From: Macrostomum lignano
Lineage: Eukaryota
DNA length: 64,000 nt
Direction of reading: 5' to 3'
NCBI GenBank assembly: GCA_002269645.1
Contig: NIVC01000263.1
Location: 1-64,000, forward strand
Shown here: in pieces, positions 1-29,150 of the stretch
Layout of the letters: every line of letters starts with the position of its first letter
Position numbering within the stretch: the stretch's first letter is position 1
Position numbers and translations under genes: made by a program
Notes under the pieces: model-generated
The model's input: the letters and a program-made list of their open reading frames with translations, nothing else
Databases searched by the model: none
What the model was told of the DNA's origin: nothing

Positions 1-126
1 AACCTCAAGATTTAATCGATCGAATCGAAGATCCATCGAATCCACATGAAGACTCTGCACGACCGTGACCAGGCTAGGCAAGGCGGACTCTCTTCTCAGC
101 CTCTCACCGCTTTCGCCAGAACAATA

Positions 127-1269
127 CACCCATTTTACCTCCTATTTTGAACAAAGTCTTGTTCAAGAAACAAGCAGAACTTCAATTCAAACACTTTAAC
201 AAATAACAGCCCTTGCGAAACTTCAATTCAAACAAAGTCCCTTTCTATTGAAACAGAAGAACTTCAATTCAGACTGTCTGTGCCCAAAATTGTCCCCGAA
301 TGACGCGCATGCATGGATTTGAAATTCAAAAGAAACAAAGTCACATTCTATTTCGACAGATATTTTTGCACATACATTTAGATACGAGTACATTTTTAGT
401 ACATTAATCTAATTTTTGTTTTTCCTGTACTGCATAACTGTACAATCGTTGCGCAATAAGAAACGATATGAATGCTGAAGATCAGATTGAAGAAGACGAT
501 GAATTGCTGGAAGAAGGTGGAATCGGTGAATTTGAACCAGAATTCGATGAAGATATCACGATGAAGATATGAAGTACGCTATTGTAAGCAACAGTGACAG
601 AGACCGTATCATCAGGGCTGCTGATCGTGAGGATGACTTTGTGGAACTGGCGCGCCAACTTGGAGTCAAGAGGTCAACAGCGTACACGATTGTGAGGTCA
701 GGGAGAGCGGAAAAGCAGCCTACGAGATTCCGGACTCCATTCAGGTCAAGCGGCTTCCACCCTACCACCATTTTGACTCCTGTGGAGAACTTAATCTCCT
801 GCTGGAAGGCCAAACAGCAAAATTTTATCGCTCCGACAGCTGGGAATCAATCGATGGTGGACTATCGGCGAGACATTCTGTACAGCATGGTGGACAGAAC
901 CATTGGCTGCATCTCTGCGGACAAGTGCACTGAGTGGTTCAACCATGTGTTTACATGCTTCCCTCTCTGCCTTGGTGGACAGGCAATTTATGGTTAGGTG
1001 CCTCAAGTTGGCCAACTGACACTGTCTTGTTCCTGTTTTTCATTTTACTCTTATGTTCGTCGATATGTTGCGTTTTATCCCTTTGTCTTAATAGAATGTA
1101 ATAGAATGTGACTTTGTTTCTTTTGAATTTCAAATCTGCGCATGCGCGTCATTCGGGGACAATTTTGGGCACAGACAGTCTGAATTGAAGTTCGTCTGTA
1201 GTGTTTGAATTGAAGTTCTGCTTGTTTCTTTAGAACAAGACTTTGTTCAAAATAGGAGGTAAAATGGTG
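127..1269 (+). mobile_element. Internally deleted Tc1-like (IR/DR-type) DNA transposon
   Basis: Long terminal inverted repeats (~127-352 and ~1100-1269; ends CACC(C)ATTTTACCTCC / GGAGGTAAAATGGTG) flanked by TA at 125-126 and 1270-1271. The left TIR has three AACTTCAATTCA direct repeats (178, 219, 260); the right TIR lacks part of this. Internal transposase remnant. Confidence 0.85.
569..997 (+). pseudogene. Truncated Tc1/IS630-family transposase
   Basis: N-terminal HTH-like segment (DRIIRAADREDDFVELARQLGVKRSTAYTIVR) fused directly to a segment resembling the C-terminal DDE motif (ILTPVENLISCWKAK, cf. SPxLNPIENxFSxWK). The catalytic core between them is missing. Lies inside the TIRs. Confidence 0.7.
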
Positions 1270-1271
1270 TA

Positions 1272-1983
1272 ATAACAACAGCAACAATAACAATAAAAAC
1301 AATAACAGTAACAGCATCAACGACAATAACAGCAGCAGCAGTAGCAACAACAACAACAATAATAGTAACCCCCTGGGATTTACTCCCAGCCTGCTGGGTA
1401 ATCAGCAGGCCCTATCCGGCGCCGCGTCTTTGTCGCGGGGGGAGGCAACGCCCGTTCTTCGGGCGGCGAAGAGCGCCGGGAATCGGTCACCGCTCCTGGC
1501 TCAGGGGCGGTGGATGTGGCCCGGTCCGGCCCTCTGTGCTCAGCCTTTGTCGCTGGCTCTGTCAGCGGTAGGGGTTTGGTACCTGGTCCGGTTATTTCGA
1601 GCTCGGTCCGCAGTCAACAACAACAATAATAGTAACAACAACAATAACAATAACGAAAACAACAACAACAACAAAAACAACAACAACAACAGCAACAACA
1701 ACAACAACAACAGCAACGACAATAACAGCAGCAGCAGCAACAACAACAACAACAATAAGATTAATAACAACAACAATAACAACAAACAGCAACAACAATA
1801 ACAACAATACCAGCAACAGACGGTGGTTTGACGGAGTTGGAAGACCTCAGGAAGGAGAACATGGTGGTGAGGTTCCTAAGGGCGGCCCACCCGCAGTGGA
1901 TCGCCTGATGGTTCCGGGCCGAGGACACACACAGCAACAACAACAACAACAATACTAACAACATCAACAACAACAACAATAGC

Positions 1984-2063
<80 letters not shown>
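1272..2063 (+). repeat. (AAC)n microsatellite tracts interrupted by two short unique inserts
   Basis: Imperfect to perfect AAC/AAT/AGC runs at 1272-1367, 1616-1817 and 1932-2063. Confidence 0.95.
1368..1477 (+). ncRNA. Candidate HDV-like self-cleaving ribozyme (slightly degenerate)
   Basis: Manual fold: P1 ACCCCCT(1368-74)/GGGGGGA(1437-43); J1/2 with two hairpins; P2 GGCGC-C(1418-23)/GAGCGCC(1471-77); P3 GCG/CGC; L3 TCTTTGT; P1.1 GG(1444-45); P4 CGCCC/GGGCG; J4/2 GCGAA. Deviations: A.A at the +1 pair and a 1-nt gap in P2. Confidence 0.55.
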
Positions 2064-2737
2064 GTTAGTTCTATAATTATAATAGCTTTGATCAATAAGA
2101 ATGCTGCTTACTTTACTGCAAGTAGCAGAATAAGTTTATCTACTCAATATTAGCGAAGCGCTTCCAATATGGGAATAAAAAAAGTTGATTTTCAGCCTGT
2201 CTGAAGATGCGTTTTCAATCGATGAAGCTTCGGAGGCTGCGTCTCGAGAAGCAGGCAGTTTCACACCTGCTGTCTGTTGATGCGCTCGAAGCCAAAGCAG
2301 AGTTTTGCCTAGTTTACAGAATAAACCACCGGCCTCTGGGATGCGAGAGGCCGGCTTATCAAGTGCCTCGCGTCAGACAAGGAAGTTCCCGGCCGGCCCT
2401 CCCGGTCAAATAAGAAAACAAGAGAAGTACACGCATCACTTGTAGGTGGCAGCAGAGTCAAAGCCTTGCTGATTGACATGACAAACGCGCCCTCCACCAA
2501 CCTCTTTGCTAAGCCCCATATTTCAGCTGCACCTGTCTTCACCTTTTTTGCGAAAATAAACCGCAATAAACATGATGGCGAGGAGGGCACGCGGGGACAA
2601 GTGGCTGTGCGAATTTCCCAGTTCCCGATTGCCCGGAGAAGCGGGCCAGAAACCTTCAGGAAATGCTCAAAGTTTCACTTGTTGCTGGTTTTGGAGACAG
2701 TTCTAAAATGTATTTAATTTTCCTTGGGACCTTGGAA

Positions 2738-3610
2738 AATTAGTCCTTGGCTTCAGTTTTGGGTGTCACCTGTTAGCAATAGTCCTTGGCTTCAGTAGTG
2801 TCACCTGTTTGCAATAGTCCTTGGCTTCAGTTTCGGGTGTCGCCTGTTAGCAATAGTCCTTGGCTTCAGTTTCGGGTGTCACCTGTTAGCAATAGTCCTT
2901 GGCTTCAGTTTCGGGTGTCGCAATAGTCCTTGGCTTCAGCTTTGGGTGTCACCTGTTAGCAATAGTCCTTGGCTTCAGCTTTGGGTGTCACCTGTTAGCA
3001 ATAGTCCTTGGCTTCAGCTTTGGGTGTCACCTGTTAGCAATAGTCCTTGGCTTCAGCTTTGGGTGTCACCTGTTAGTAATAGTCCTTGGCTTCAGTTTCG
3101 GGTGTCGCCTGTTAGCAATAGTCCTTGGCTTCAGTTGTGGGTGTCACCTGTTAGCAATAGTCCTTGGCTTCAGTTTCGGGTGTCGCAATAGTCCTTGGCT
3201 TCAGCTTTGGGTGTCACCTGTTAGCAATAGTCCTTGGCTTCAGCTTTGGGTGTCACCTGTTAGCAATAGTCCTTGGCTTCAGCTTTGGGTGTCACCTGTT
3301 AGCAATAGTCCTTGGCTTCAGCTTTGGGTGTCACCTGTTAGTAATAGTCCTTGGCTTCAGTTTCGGGTGTCGCCTGTTAGCAATAGTCCTTGGCTTCAGT
3401 TGTGGGTGTCGCCTGTTAGCAATAGTCCTTGGCTTCAGTTGTGGGTGTCACCTGTTAGCAATAGTCCTTGGCTTCAGTTGTGGGTGTCACCTGTTAGCAA
3501 TAGTCCTTGGCTTCAGTTGTGGGTGTCACCTGTTAGCAATAGTCCTTGGCTTCAGTTGTGGGTGTCACCTGTTAGCAATAGTCCTTGGCTTCAGTTTCGG
3601 GTGTCACCTG
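2738..3610. repeat. 39-bp minisatellite
   Basis: Unit AATAGTCCTTGGCTTCAGCTTTGGGTGTCACCTGTTAGC, about 22 copies. Explains the 13-aa periodic ORFs. Confidence 0.95.
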
Positions 3611-4793
3611 CTAGCAACCTACACGGCACTGACCTTTCGACAATTCGAAAGTTTCAGTTAAAAAATCAATAAAAAACTGTAATAGTACGAGGTATTTCAT
3701 TCTCTCTGCACTGGACAGGTCTGTCATCAATTTATTAGGCATTAACTAGTCAGGCGCAGCCCTTACTGACATGGTAAAATCGGAGCAAATTGTCAAAGTT
3801 TAGATGATAAACAATTAAGAAAATTTTACTGTCAAGTCATCAAGCAAGTTTTGTTTTGTTTTAATCAGATAAACTCGGGGGGTTAACAGCAATGATTACT
3901 CAGTATTTCACGGAGAAACAAATTCTAAATATACTACTATCCAAGCTGGTTGGGTCTTCGGGCGCATGGAAACCTGCATTTTTAATATAAAACACTGCTG
4001 CTGTTTGTAGCTAACAATACATATGCCAGCTTGCATTAAGGCCACAAGAACAAGCAGCTCCATTGCGTACTGTTTATGAGTTCAGACGAGCTTAGTTTAA
4101 TAGCATGCAGAGACCGACAGATAGGGGTGGACACGGGGGGAGACAAGTAAGTCATGCTATGTGATTTATGACAACTACTAGTATGAGCTGAAACTAGCCA
4201 GCGCTCAGTTCTTTGGTCAGTTAGTTGCACCAAGGCCTACTCAGTGTTTTCTTAGAAAATTCCTCAAGACAGCAGCAGCTAGATAGCAACAAAGTGCTCA
4301 GAGATGTGGGTAGCAGCCATTCGTTTGAGCGGCTGGATTTTCCAAGTCAACAAGGGTGAAATTATCGATCACTGTGTCAAGTGGCAAGAGGGTTGGGTGG
4401 CTTTGCAATGCGCATGGGATACTTCAACAGAGACAGACGGGCAAATGAAACAATGAAAAATGAACGAACCGCAAAGTTTGACAGACGTATGAAAGTCTGC
4501 AAAGCCACCCCGTGTCAAGCATTGAATTCTCTTTGTTCCTAACAAAAGCAACCGTTTTCACGCGTGAGTGACTGACTGAAACGAGAGGGGGGGTCAAACG
4601 GGGTTGCCCTGACTTTGCGATAATTGTGTAAGATTTTCCTACTTTTCCAACATGGGAGTCTGGGCGATGAAGCGGTTTCAGACGCTGCAACAAATCTATT
4701 GCAACGAGAGGAGAGAGAGGTCTGCCCGTGAACTTTGGAAGCATTCGTTTCTGTTCGCTGAAGTCAGAAGAGAGACTGAGACAGAGGCAGACA

Positions 4794-20535
<15,742 letters not shown>

Positions 20536-20605
20536 TGCGCTGGCGTCTCACTCAACCTCTGAGCATCCATCCACTTCGCTACTCCTCACTGTTGCTTACC
20601 GTCTC

Positions 20606-21150
20606 TTGGCATCTCATCCTCTTGGCATCTCATCCTCTTTGCATCTCATCCTCTTTGCATCTCATCCTCTTTGCATCTCATCCTCTTTGCATCTCATCCT
20701 CTTTGCATCTCATCCTCTTGGCATCTCATCCTCTTGGCATCTCATCCTCTTGGCATCTCATCCTCTTTGCATTTCATCCTCTTGACATCTCATCCTCTTG
20801 GCATCTCATCCTCTTTGCATCTCATCCTCTTTGCATCTCATCCTCTTTGCATCTCATCCTCTTGGCATCTCATCCTCTTGGCATCTCATCCTCTTTGCAT
20901 CTCATCCTCTTTGCATCTCATCCTCTCGTTATCTCATCCTCTTGACATCTCATCCTCTTGGCATCTCATCCTCTTGGCATCTCATCCTCTTGGCATCTCA
21001 TCCTCTTGGCATCTCATCCTCTTGGCATCTCATCCTCTTGGCATCTCATCCTCTTGGCATCTCATCCTCTTGGCATCTCATCCTCTTGGCATCTCATCCT
21101 CTTGGCTTCTCATCCTCTTGGCATCTCATCCTCTTGGCATCTCATCCTAT
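20606..21150. repeat. 16-bp minisatellite (GCATCTCATCCTCTTG/T)n
   Basis: Directly visible. Confidence 0.95.
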
Positions 21151-22960
21151 AGTCATCTGAAACTCTAGCTTCTTATCCTCTAAGCTAACAAATTTCCTCG
21201 TTGCAGTCTTTCAGCTTCTGGCAAAGCGACCTTAGCAAGCTAATGAGAACAGCGCCAAAACCAAGGTCGAATCAAAATTGCCTTCCTTTGCCAACAAGGA
21301 GGCAACGGTTTGTACTTTAAAGCCAGCCTCGCTGACTCTGAAGGCCAGTGCGGACGGAAGCGAATGCACTGGTTTTGCAATTGAGCAGTGGATTTCCCGG
21401 CAGCTCAGTGGGGCTCTGGGACCCAGCGCTGATTGACATTAGTGAAGCTGGGCGGAAATCTTGATGGGGCTGCCCGGCCGACTGGAAGGAAGGGGAAATT
21501 TCCCCGCCTGCTCCCCTTTTTTCTGCCACTGTTGCCACCGTCTCAACCCCCGGATATGCCCGTGCCAGCGCCTTCCTCTGTCAGGATTTCTCGCCCTCCC
21601 GTCCGTGTCAGAGGGGCGCTGCTCTCTCTCTCTCTCTCTCTCCTCTCTATCTGCTCCGCGAGGGCGAGGCGGACCTGCCGGACCGCCGCTTCTCTGAGCT
21701 GTTTTTCTGTCTCCCGCCTTTTTTACTCGGCAGCCTCCTCGTCTTCTCTCCTCCCCCATCTAATATCCCCGTGCAACGCCAGCTTTCACGGCAAACGGGA
21801 AGGGGATCGGGGCTGGCGGGGGCGGGAGGCGGGGACCTGATCAGAAGAAATGTGAAATTGTAAATCAGATTCCTGTCCTCTCCCGGCTCCTGAAGAGAGA
21901 GCTCGCTGTCCTCGGATTCGTTCCACGCGAAGCTGCAGCTGCATCAGCGGGAGAGGCTGCTAGCCCGGGGAGCAGATGATTACAAACTTTCCAGTGCCGT
22001 CCTTGGTGCTCGGTGTACTTTTCTGGTTTCACCGACTGTTATGAGACTGGCGGGATGGCCCGACTGTCTAAGCCAGAGAGTGGGGAGCGGTCAGAATTCC
22101 CGATATTCGCACCTGGCCTGGGCTCTGAGAGTTCACCGGGTCGATGCAGGAGGCCAAAGAGCTCAGCTTCTGAGTATGTGGTGTGGCTCCCGTGCTCAAC
22201 ATTGCCCAAGGGAATAAGAGGAGAAATATGGATTATCGATTTTAGCGGCGGCTGAAGTTCCAATTGGGATTTCGCGGGGAGGCGGGCAAAGTCGGACAAG
22301 AGGGGAACAGAAGACGAATAGCTCAATAAGGGGATCAGGATCCCGGTCTTGTGGTCAGGGCAGGATTAGCGGTCCTCACCTGCAGCTAGTGGCATAGTAA
22401 TCCAGTCCGCTGATCCGCCCAGGGCATTCCGGCTGCGGCCCGGGTCAACGCTGGCACTGAAGAGCTGCGGCCGCCGCGCCCTCGATCCGTGGCATCGGCC
22501 TGTGCGGCCCTGCGGTCCAAGTTGACGCTGAAGAACTTGGCCACTCCCTTACTGTCAGGCACCGAAGCTGGCTGGGTTGATAGGCTGAGAGGCTCTGCTG
22601 CTGTCTGGTTCAGGAGGGAATTGCGAAGTTGCTTCGCTCCACTGCCAAGCTGGGACGCCAGATGATAAGGAGGATAGGGGGGGGGGGAGCAGCGAGGGAG
22701 AGGGCGCGCTGTGGGCCAATCATTGACGCTGCAATCTTCTCCAATTGCCTGGCAGCCCCTCCCAGGGCTTCAGCTGTGAGTCGGTGGGAAGGGGGGGGCA
22801 TGCGATCCCAACCAGGTCTGCCCCCTTCCACTATCCTTCTCTCCCCCCTCTATCCCTTCTCTCCACCCCCCCCCACTTCAGTGGCAGGAAGGCACGTATT
22901 GGCCAAAATAGAGAGGGCTTTGACACCCTGGACTGCCGGGAGCTGCCCGTTCTTCTAGTA

Positions 22961-22991
<31 letters not shown>

Positions 22992-23374
22992 TTTTTGCCC
23001 CGTCCCCTCTCTCGCACTGAGGGCGGCAAAACCCGTGCACGAGGCTTGCGGGCTGCGGTCGCGGTATTAAGTCCAAATCGCTCGCCTCCCAGAGCTTCTG
23101 CCTCAGTGTCTGGTTTCCTTCTGCTTTGAGTCTGTTTGCCACACTGAAATAAAATATTTAAGTGATATGACGAAGTGACACCTAAACTGCGCCACTTTCT
23201 AGATAAACTGAACTCATTGTTTATGAGGCTGTCTCACCATGATTTATTGGCCTAGCATGCACTTTTACTGCAATATCTTTGCCGATTTAAACCTTTCAAC
23301 AGTAAAAATTTCTTTAGGAAACTCTATTTTAATATGGGGTTTTATATAGAGAGAATGGCTGCGAGATTCTGTGA

Positions 23375-24190
23375 GATTCTCAGTGGAGTGAGATTCTCTG
23401 AGAAGTGAGAATCTCTGAGAAGTGAGATTCTCTGGGGAGTGAGATTCTCTGGGAGTGAGATTCTCTAGGAGTGAGATTCCGGGGAGTGAGATTCTGGGGA
23501 GTGGGATTCTGGGGAGTGAGATTCTGGGGAGTGGGATTCTGGGGAGTGAGATTCTGGGGAGTGAGATTCTGGGGAGTGAGATTCTTTGGAGTGAGATTTG
23601 GGGGATTGAGATTTTGGAGAGTGAGATTCTGGGGAGTGGGATTCTGGGGAGTGGGATTCTGGGGAGTGGGATTCTGGGGAGTGAGATTCTGGGGAGTGAG
23701 ATTCTGGGGAGTGAGATTCTGGGGAGTGAGATTCTGGGGAGTGAGATTCTGGGGAGTGGGATTCTGGGGAGTGAGATTCTGGGGAGTGGGATTCTGGGGA
23801 GTGAGATTCTGGGGAGTGGGATTCTGGGGAGTGAGATTCTGGGGAGTGAGATTCTGGGGAGTGAGATTCTGGGGAGTGAGATTCTGGGGAGTGAGATTCT
23901 GGGGAGTGGGATTCTGGGGAGTGAGATTCTGGGGAGTGGGATTCTGGGGAGTGAGATTCTGGGGAGTGAGATTTTGGGGAGTGAGATTCTTTGGAGTGAG
24001 ATTTGGGGGAGTGAGATTTTGGAGAGTGAGATTGGAAAGTGAGATTCTGGGGAGTGAGATTCTCTGAGGAGTGAGATCTTGGGGAGTGAGATTCTTTGGA
24101 GTGAGATTTGGGGGAGTGAGATTTTGGACAGTGAGATTTTGGAGAGTGTGAGATTCTGGAGAGTGTGAGATTCTGGGAAGTGAGATTCTG
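23375..24190. repeat. 15-bp minisatellite (GAGATTCTGGGGAGT)n
   Basis: Directly visible. Confidence 0.95.
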
Positions 24191-24949
24191 GGAATTTTTT
24201 TCGCAGTTGTACGTTAAAAAATGATTGAACAAATTTATAAAACTTATAAAGTTATCGTTCCGTGCGCAAGACATGTTTCAGCGGCGCTTTAAAATGAAAA
24301 AAAAACGTCAGACAGACAGAAACTGTTGGCTCCGCCCGCTGCACAGGGGGCAGCCATCCTGCTTTCAGCAGATCAGAACCGTGGCTGCAGAGTAAACAGC
24401 CAGTCAGAGCCAGCTCGAGCCGGCCTGAAGGGGGCTGGAGAGGCCCCGGCTGGCATGATTTATGCATGACAGCGCGTCAGTTCCTCGACGCGTAAACGTT
24501 CGAGCCTTGACAAATCTCGCTGCGATTCCTGCGTCCTGACGGATCCGGCGGAATCCCCGCTCGGCTGGGGTTGGTAAGGCCTGCCAGCGACGCCCCGCCC
24601 TCCTCTCGCCTCCCAGCAACCCGCTGCGGCCAGAAGGAGGTGTTGAGTTCTCATTAGGGCCGATTTCCATGCAACGAGACTTCGGCTTTACTGGTCTCTC
24701 TGCCGTCCTGCCGCCAAAGGCGCTGGCTGTCTCAAGGGCAGCTGCTGCTCATTGTTGCTGGGCCACAGCTGTCTTGGCTTCTCCTAATCATAATTTGAGA
24801 CAGGCAGGTGTTCTACATAGCGATTGCAGAACAGGAAAAGTGATACAATCGAAGGCAGAAAAAGACGGTCAGAACTTTAGAAGTTGTAGAGAAATCAATG
24901 CAATGTTGGTTTTAGTTTTGGCCTCTTCCAGCTGGCCAGCTTTGGTGCC

Positions 24950-25640
24950 ATGAGGACCCTCTCTGCGCCAATATGAGGACCCTCTCTGCGCCAATATGAG
25001 GACCCTCTCTGCGCCACTATGAGGACCCTCTCTGCGCCAATATGAGGACCCTCTCTGCGCCAATATGAGGACCCTCTCTGCGCCAATGAGGACCCTCTCT
25101 GCACCAATATGAGGACCCTCTCTGCGCCAATATGAGGACCCTCTCTGCACCAATATGAGGACCCTCTCTGCACCAATATGAGGACCCTCTCTGCGCCAAT
25201 ATGAGGACCCTCTCTGCGCCAATATGAGGACCCTCTCTGCGCCAATATGAGGACCCTCTCTGCGCCAATATGAGGACCCTCTCTGCGCCAATATGAGGAC
25301 CCTCTCTGCGCCAATATGAGGACCCTCTCTGCGCCAATATGAGGACCCTCTCTGCGCCAATATGAGGACCCTCTCTGCGCCAATATGAGGACCCTCTCTG
25401 CGCCAATATGAGGACCCTCTCTGCGCCAATATGAGGACCCTCTCTGCGCCAATATGAGGACCCTCTCTGCGCCAATATGAGGACCCTCTCTGCGCCAATA
25501 TGAGGACCCTCTCTGCGCCAATATGAGGACCCTCTCTGCGCCAATATGAGGACCCTCTCTGCGCCAATATGAGGACCCTCTCTGCGCCAATATGAGGACC
25601 CTCTCTGCGCCAATATGAGGACCCTCTCTGCGCCAATATG
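24950..25640. repeat. 23-bp minisatellite (AATATGAGGACCCTCTCTGCGCC)n
   Basis: About 30 near-identical copies. Confidence 0.95.
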
Positions 25641-27514
25641 AGAACCCCAATCGGCACCACCATGAAGACCCTCTCGGTGCCACCACGAGAACCCCCATTA
25701 GCGCTATTATTGATTTTCGGTGAAAAGTATAAAGGTAAAAATTTCCCCCCCCCCCACGGTTTATAGGCCAAAAACAGTCGGCAGAGTGGGAAAATTTCCG
25801 GGGATTTTTTCACTCTGGACGAATGGCAGCATACAGGAACTGGCAACTATAGTCTGGCAGTGAGCACAGACGAGCCGGAATATCAATGTACAATCCAGAG
25901 AGCGCTTCGCATCCAGTGATACCTATCTCTGCTCTCCTCCCCCTAAGGCTCTGGGAATCCAATTATTCCTTCAAGACTTCGCCCGCCTTGGGAGACAGAA
26001 AGTAGAGAGGAAGAGAGACAGTGACGGGCCGACGGCAGCTGCATTGCACGGATTTCTGGTCTCAAGGACGCAAGAAACTTCGACTTTGGTCCCGGCTACC
26101 ACAGTGTTGCTCAAAATGTTGCTGAAACTCCTGGTTTTAAAGTACAAATCCAGTCTTACTGACTGGTCAAAATGTTCTAGTCACGTCATTCAGCGGTAAT
26201 AAGTAAATTTCCCAACAAGCCTGTTGCAAGTAGTGCATAAAGAGTATCAGTGCGCCATACACAACTGACAAAAGAGATAAAAGTCGTTTTAATACTGCGG
26301 ATTTCGAATTTGGAACCGCCACTTTCTGAGTGCCAGTGGAAGCTGTGGAACGTCATTGCGGGCTGTGGAGCGTCAGTGGAGGCTGTGGAGCGTCAGTGGA
26401 GGCTGTGGAGCGTCAGTGGAGGCTGTAGAGTGTCAGTGGAGGCTGTGGTGTCAGATGCTATGGGGTGTCAGATGTTCTGTGGTGTCAGAGGAAGGCGTTT
26501 GCTTGTCAGTAGGATCGAAAACCTTGAAATGACGCCATTGAGATACCACATTAGCTCTACGGCCGGATTCATATATCTGAATTTCTTGTCAGATGCATTT
26601 CTTGTTTTAAATTCGTGAAAATTCCACCGCCACACCCGCAGAAGGCAGGCGGCAGAGAGCGTACAGCAAGTTACTGAAGAGTGCAGAGCACCTGGCAGCG
26701 GACTACCCACCCCTTGAATGCGCAGCCTCTGCAGCGCCCGCAACCGAAGTTCCTCATGGCCTTTTTAGTGTCTGCTTTCAGCCAGGCACCGCGCATTCGT
26801 ATTGATCCGACCTCCGAACACTCGGAATCGCCTTGTTTGCGACGGCTTGCGGCGCAGGGAGGGTACAGAGGGGAGAGGGAGGAGAGGGAGAGAGACATCC
26901 TTGATGCCTTCCCTAAGCTTGTCTCGTGCGCTGTTGCGGCAATCAAGGTTGCACTGACTGCGCCAAAGCCTCATAAAGACAGAACTGTAGCTCGAAGCAG
27001 GCAGGCAGCGGGACCGAAAGCTCCGCGCAAGAATTGCACCTGCACCGGCAGCGTGAGACGCAAGCAACCCAGAAGCAGTCACCTGTAGTCAGCTGTAAGT
27101 GCTGTGCTCTCTGTTCATGGACCCGGGGCTGCAATATTTTAAAATAGGGTTCCTTTTCCAATATGGGGACAGTTGAACCCTCCTGCAGCCACGACTGTCT
27201 GAAGTGCTTTGTTGACTTAGTGTCGCGGCTTGAATACAAACATACACACTGCGCAAAGTTGGTTTTAGCTGAACAAAAATAATCCAAAGCACTTCTTTGC
27301 TCTGCCACATGCGGCTGGTGCCCCCCCCCCGCTTTAGCGCTGGCCTGATAAGCCACGGGGAGCGTGACATTTCATCCCGGACTTGGCCTGCAGCAGGGCG
27401 GCCGCTCTCCTAAAGTTTTAGAACATCTCTGTGCAACCGACTGTTCTGATGTTCAATTGAAGACCCTTATGTGTTAAACGGGCGAATGGAAATATCTACA
27501 GGGTATCGGCAATT

Positions 27515-27860
27515 TACATCAGGTATTTGTAATGTCTAACAGGTGTCTGCAATGTCTAACAGGTATATTTAATGTCAAACAGGCATCTTTATTGTCAAAC
27601 AGGTATCTGTAATGTCAAAAATGCATCTGTAATATCAAAAATGTATCTGTAATGTTCAACAGGTATCTGTAATGTCAAATTAGTGTCTGTACTCTTCATC
27701 AGGCATCCTGCAATGTCCAACAGGTATCTGTAATGTCCAACAGGTATCTGTAATGTCAAACAGGTGTCTGTAATGTCCAGCAGGTGTCTGTAATGTCAAA
27801 CAGGTATCTGTAATGTTCAACAGGTGTCTACAATGTCTAACATGTATCATGTAATGTCCA
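27515..27860. repeat. 20-bp degenerate minisatellite (CAGGTATCTGTAATGTCAAA)n
   Basis: Directly visible, immediately upstream of the G-gamma acceptor. Confidence 0.9.
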
Positions 27861-27893
27861 AAATGTACATGTATCTGCTCCGCACTCCCCCAG

Positions 27894-28094
27894 ATGGCGG
27901 CCATTTCTCAACAGAAGAAGATGGTTGAGCAGCTGCGTCAAGAGGCCGCCCTGGAGCGAAAGCCGGTGTCCGAGTGCGTTCGCGAGATGCTGCAATTCGT
28001 GGAGAAGGAGAAGGAAGGCGACTGCCTGGTCATCGGGTTCGCCGCCAAGAAGGACAACCCGTTCCAGGAGAGCGGCGGCTGCTCCCTGCTTTGA
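27894..28094 (+). CDS. gng: Heterotrimeric G-protein gamma subunit, paralog 1 (66 aa)
   Basis: QQKKMVEQLRQEAALERKPVSEC...DCLVIGF...NPFQESGGCSLL: GGL domain, NPF motif, CaaX ending in L. Acceptor cccccag directly before the ATG. Confidence 0.92.
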   Translation: MAAISQQKKMVEQLRQEAALERKPVSECVREMLQFVEKEKEGDCLVIGFAAKKDNPFQESGGCSLL

Positions 28095-28734
28095 TCTGGG
28101 ACTGCTGGCAGAAACAGGAAGGGGCTGTCAGCGGGAGGCTGTAAATTTAAGTCTGTGTCAGTTGTGAAGGCTGTAAATTGGAGTCTGTGTCAGTTGTGAA
28201 GGCTGTCAATTGGAATTTATGCCAGTTGTGAAGGCTGTCAATTGGGGTCTGTGTCAGTTTGTGTCGATTGGAGTCTGTGCCAGTTGTGAAGGCTATATCA
28301 ATTGGAATGTTGTATGAGCTGTCTGCCATGCCCAAGATACTAAATTATTTATCAATCTGCGAGAACCTTCGGCTTGCTTTGCTTGTAGCCGCATTTCCCA
28401 AATCCCCCTTTTTCATGCTACGGCCAGTTCCAACACGGTAATTCAAGGTGTACGCATTGTTAAAGCTTGTCTCACCATAACTGTCCACCCGTAAATGCTT
28501 ACCGCACTGACACAAGGAACCCTATGTGCTGGACACTGTTCTTCATTTAAATAGAGCATGACCCCCGCCTTCTAGTAGCTATCACACCTGCGATCACATT
28601 GTTTGATATTTTCACGTCAAACAGATACTACGAAAATATAAGTGCATCAGGAATGTATGATTGCGCGTAGTTTTTCACGAGTTTTGTTTAAATTGAATTA
28701 AACATTTCACCAGCTATTATCACCATCTAGCACT

Positions 28735-29150
28735 CCATTGTCACATCTGGCATTCCACTGTCTCATCTGGCACTCCATTGTCTCATCTGGCATTCCACTG
28801 TCTCATCTGGCACTCCACTGTCTCATCTGGCACTCCACTGTCTCGTCTGGCACTCCATTGTCTCATCTGGCACTCCACTGCCTCATCTGGCACTCCATTG
28901 TCTCATCTGGCACTCCACTGCCTCATCTGGCACTCCATTGTCTCATCTGGCACTCCACTGTCTCAACTGGCACTCTATTGTCTCATCTGGCACTCCACTG
29001 TCTCATCTGGTACTCCATTGTCTCATCTGGCACTCCACTGTCTCTGTCTCATCTGGCACTCCACTGTCTCATCTGGCACTCCATTGTCTCATCTGGCACT
29101 CCACTGTCTCATCTGGCACTCCATTGTCTCATCTGGCACTCCGTCTCATC
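28735..29150. repeat. 20-bp minisatellite (TGTCTCATCTGGCACTCCAC/T)n
   Basis: Directly visible. Confidence 0.95.
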
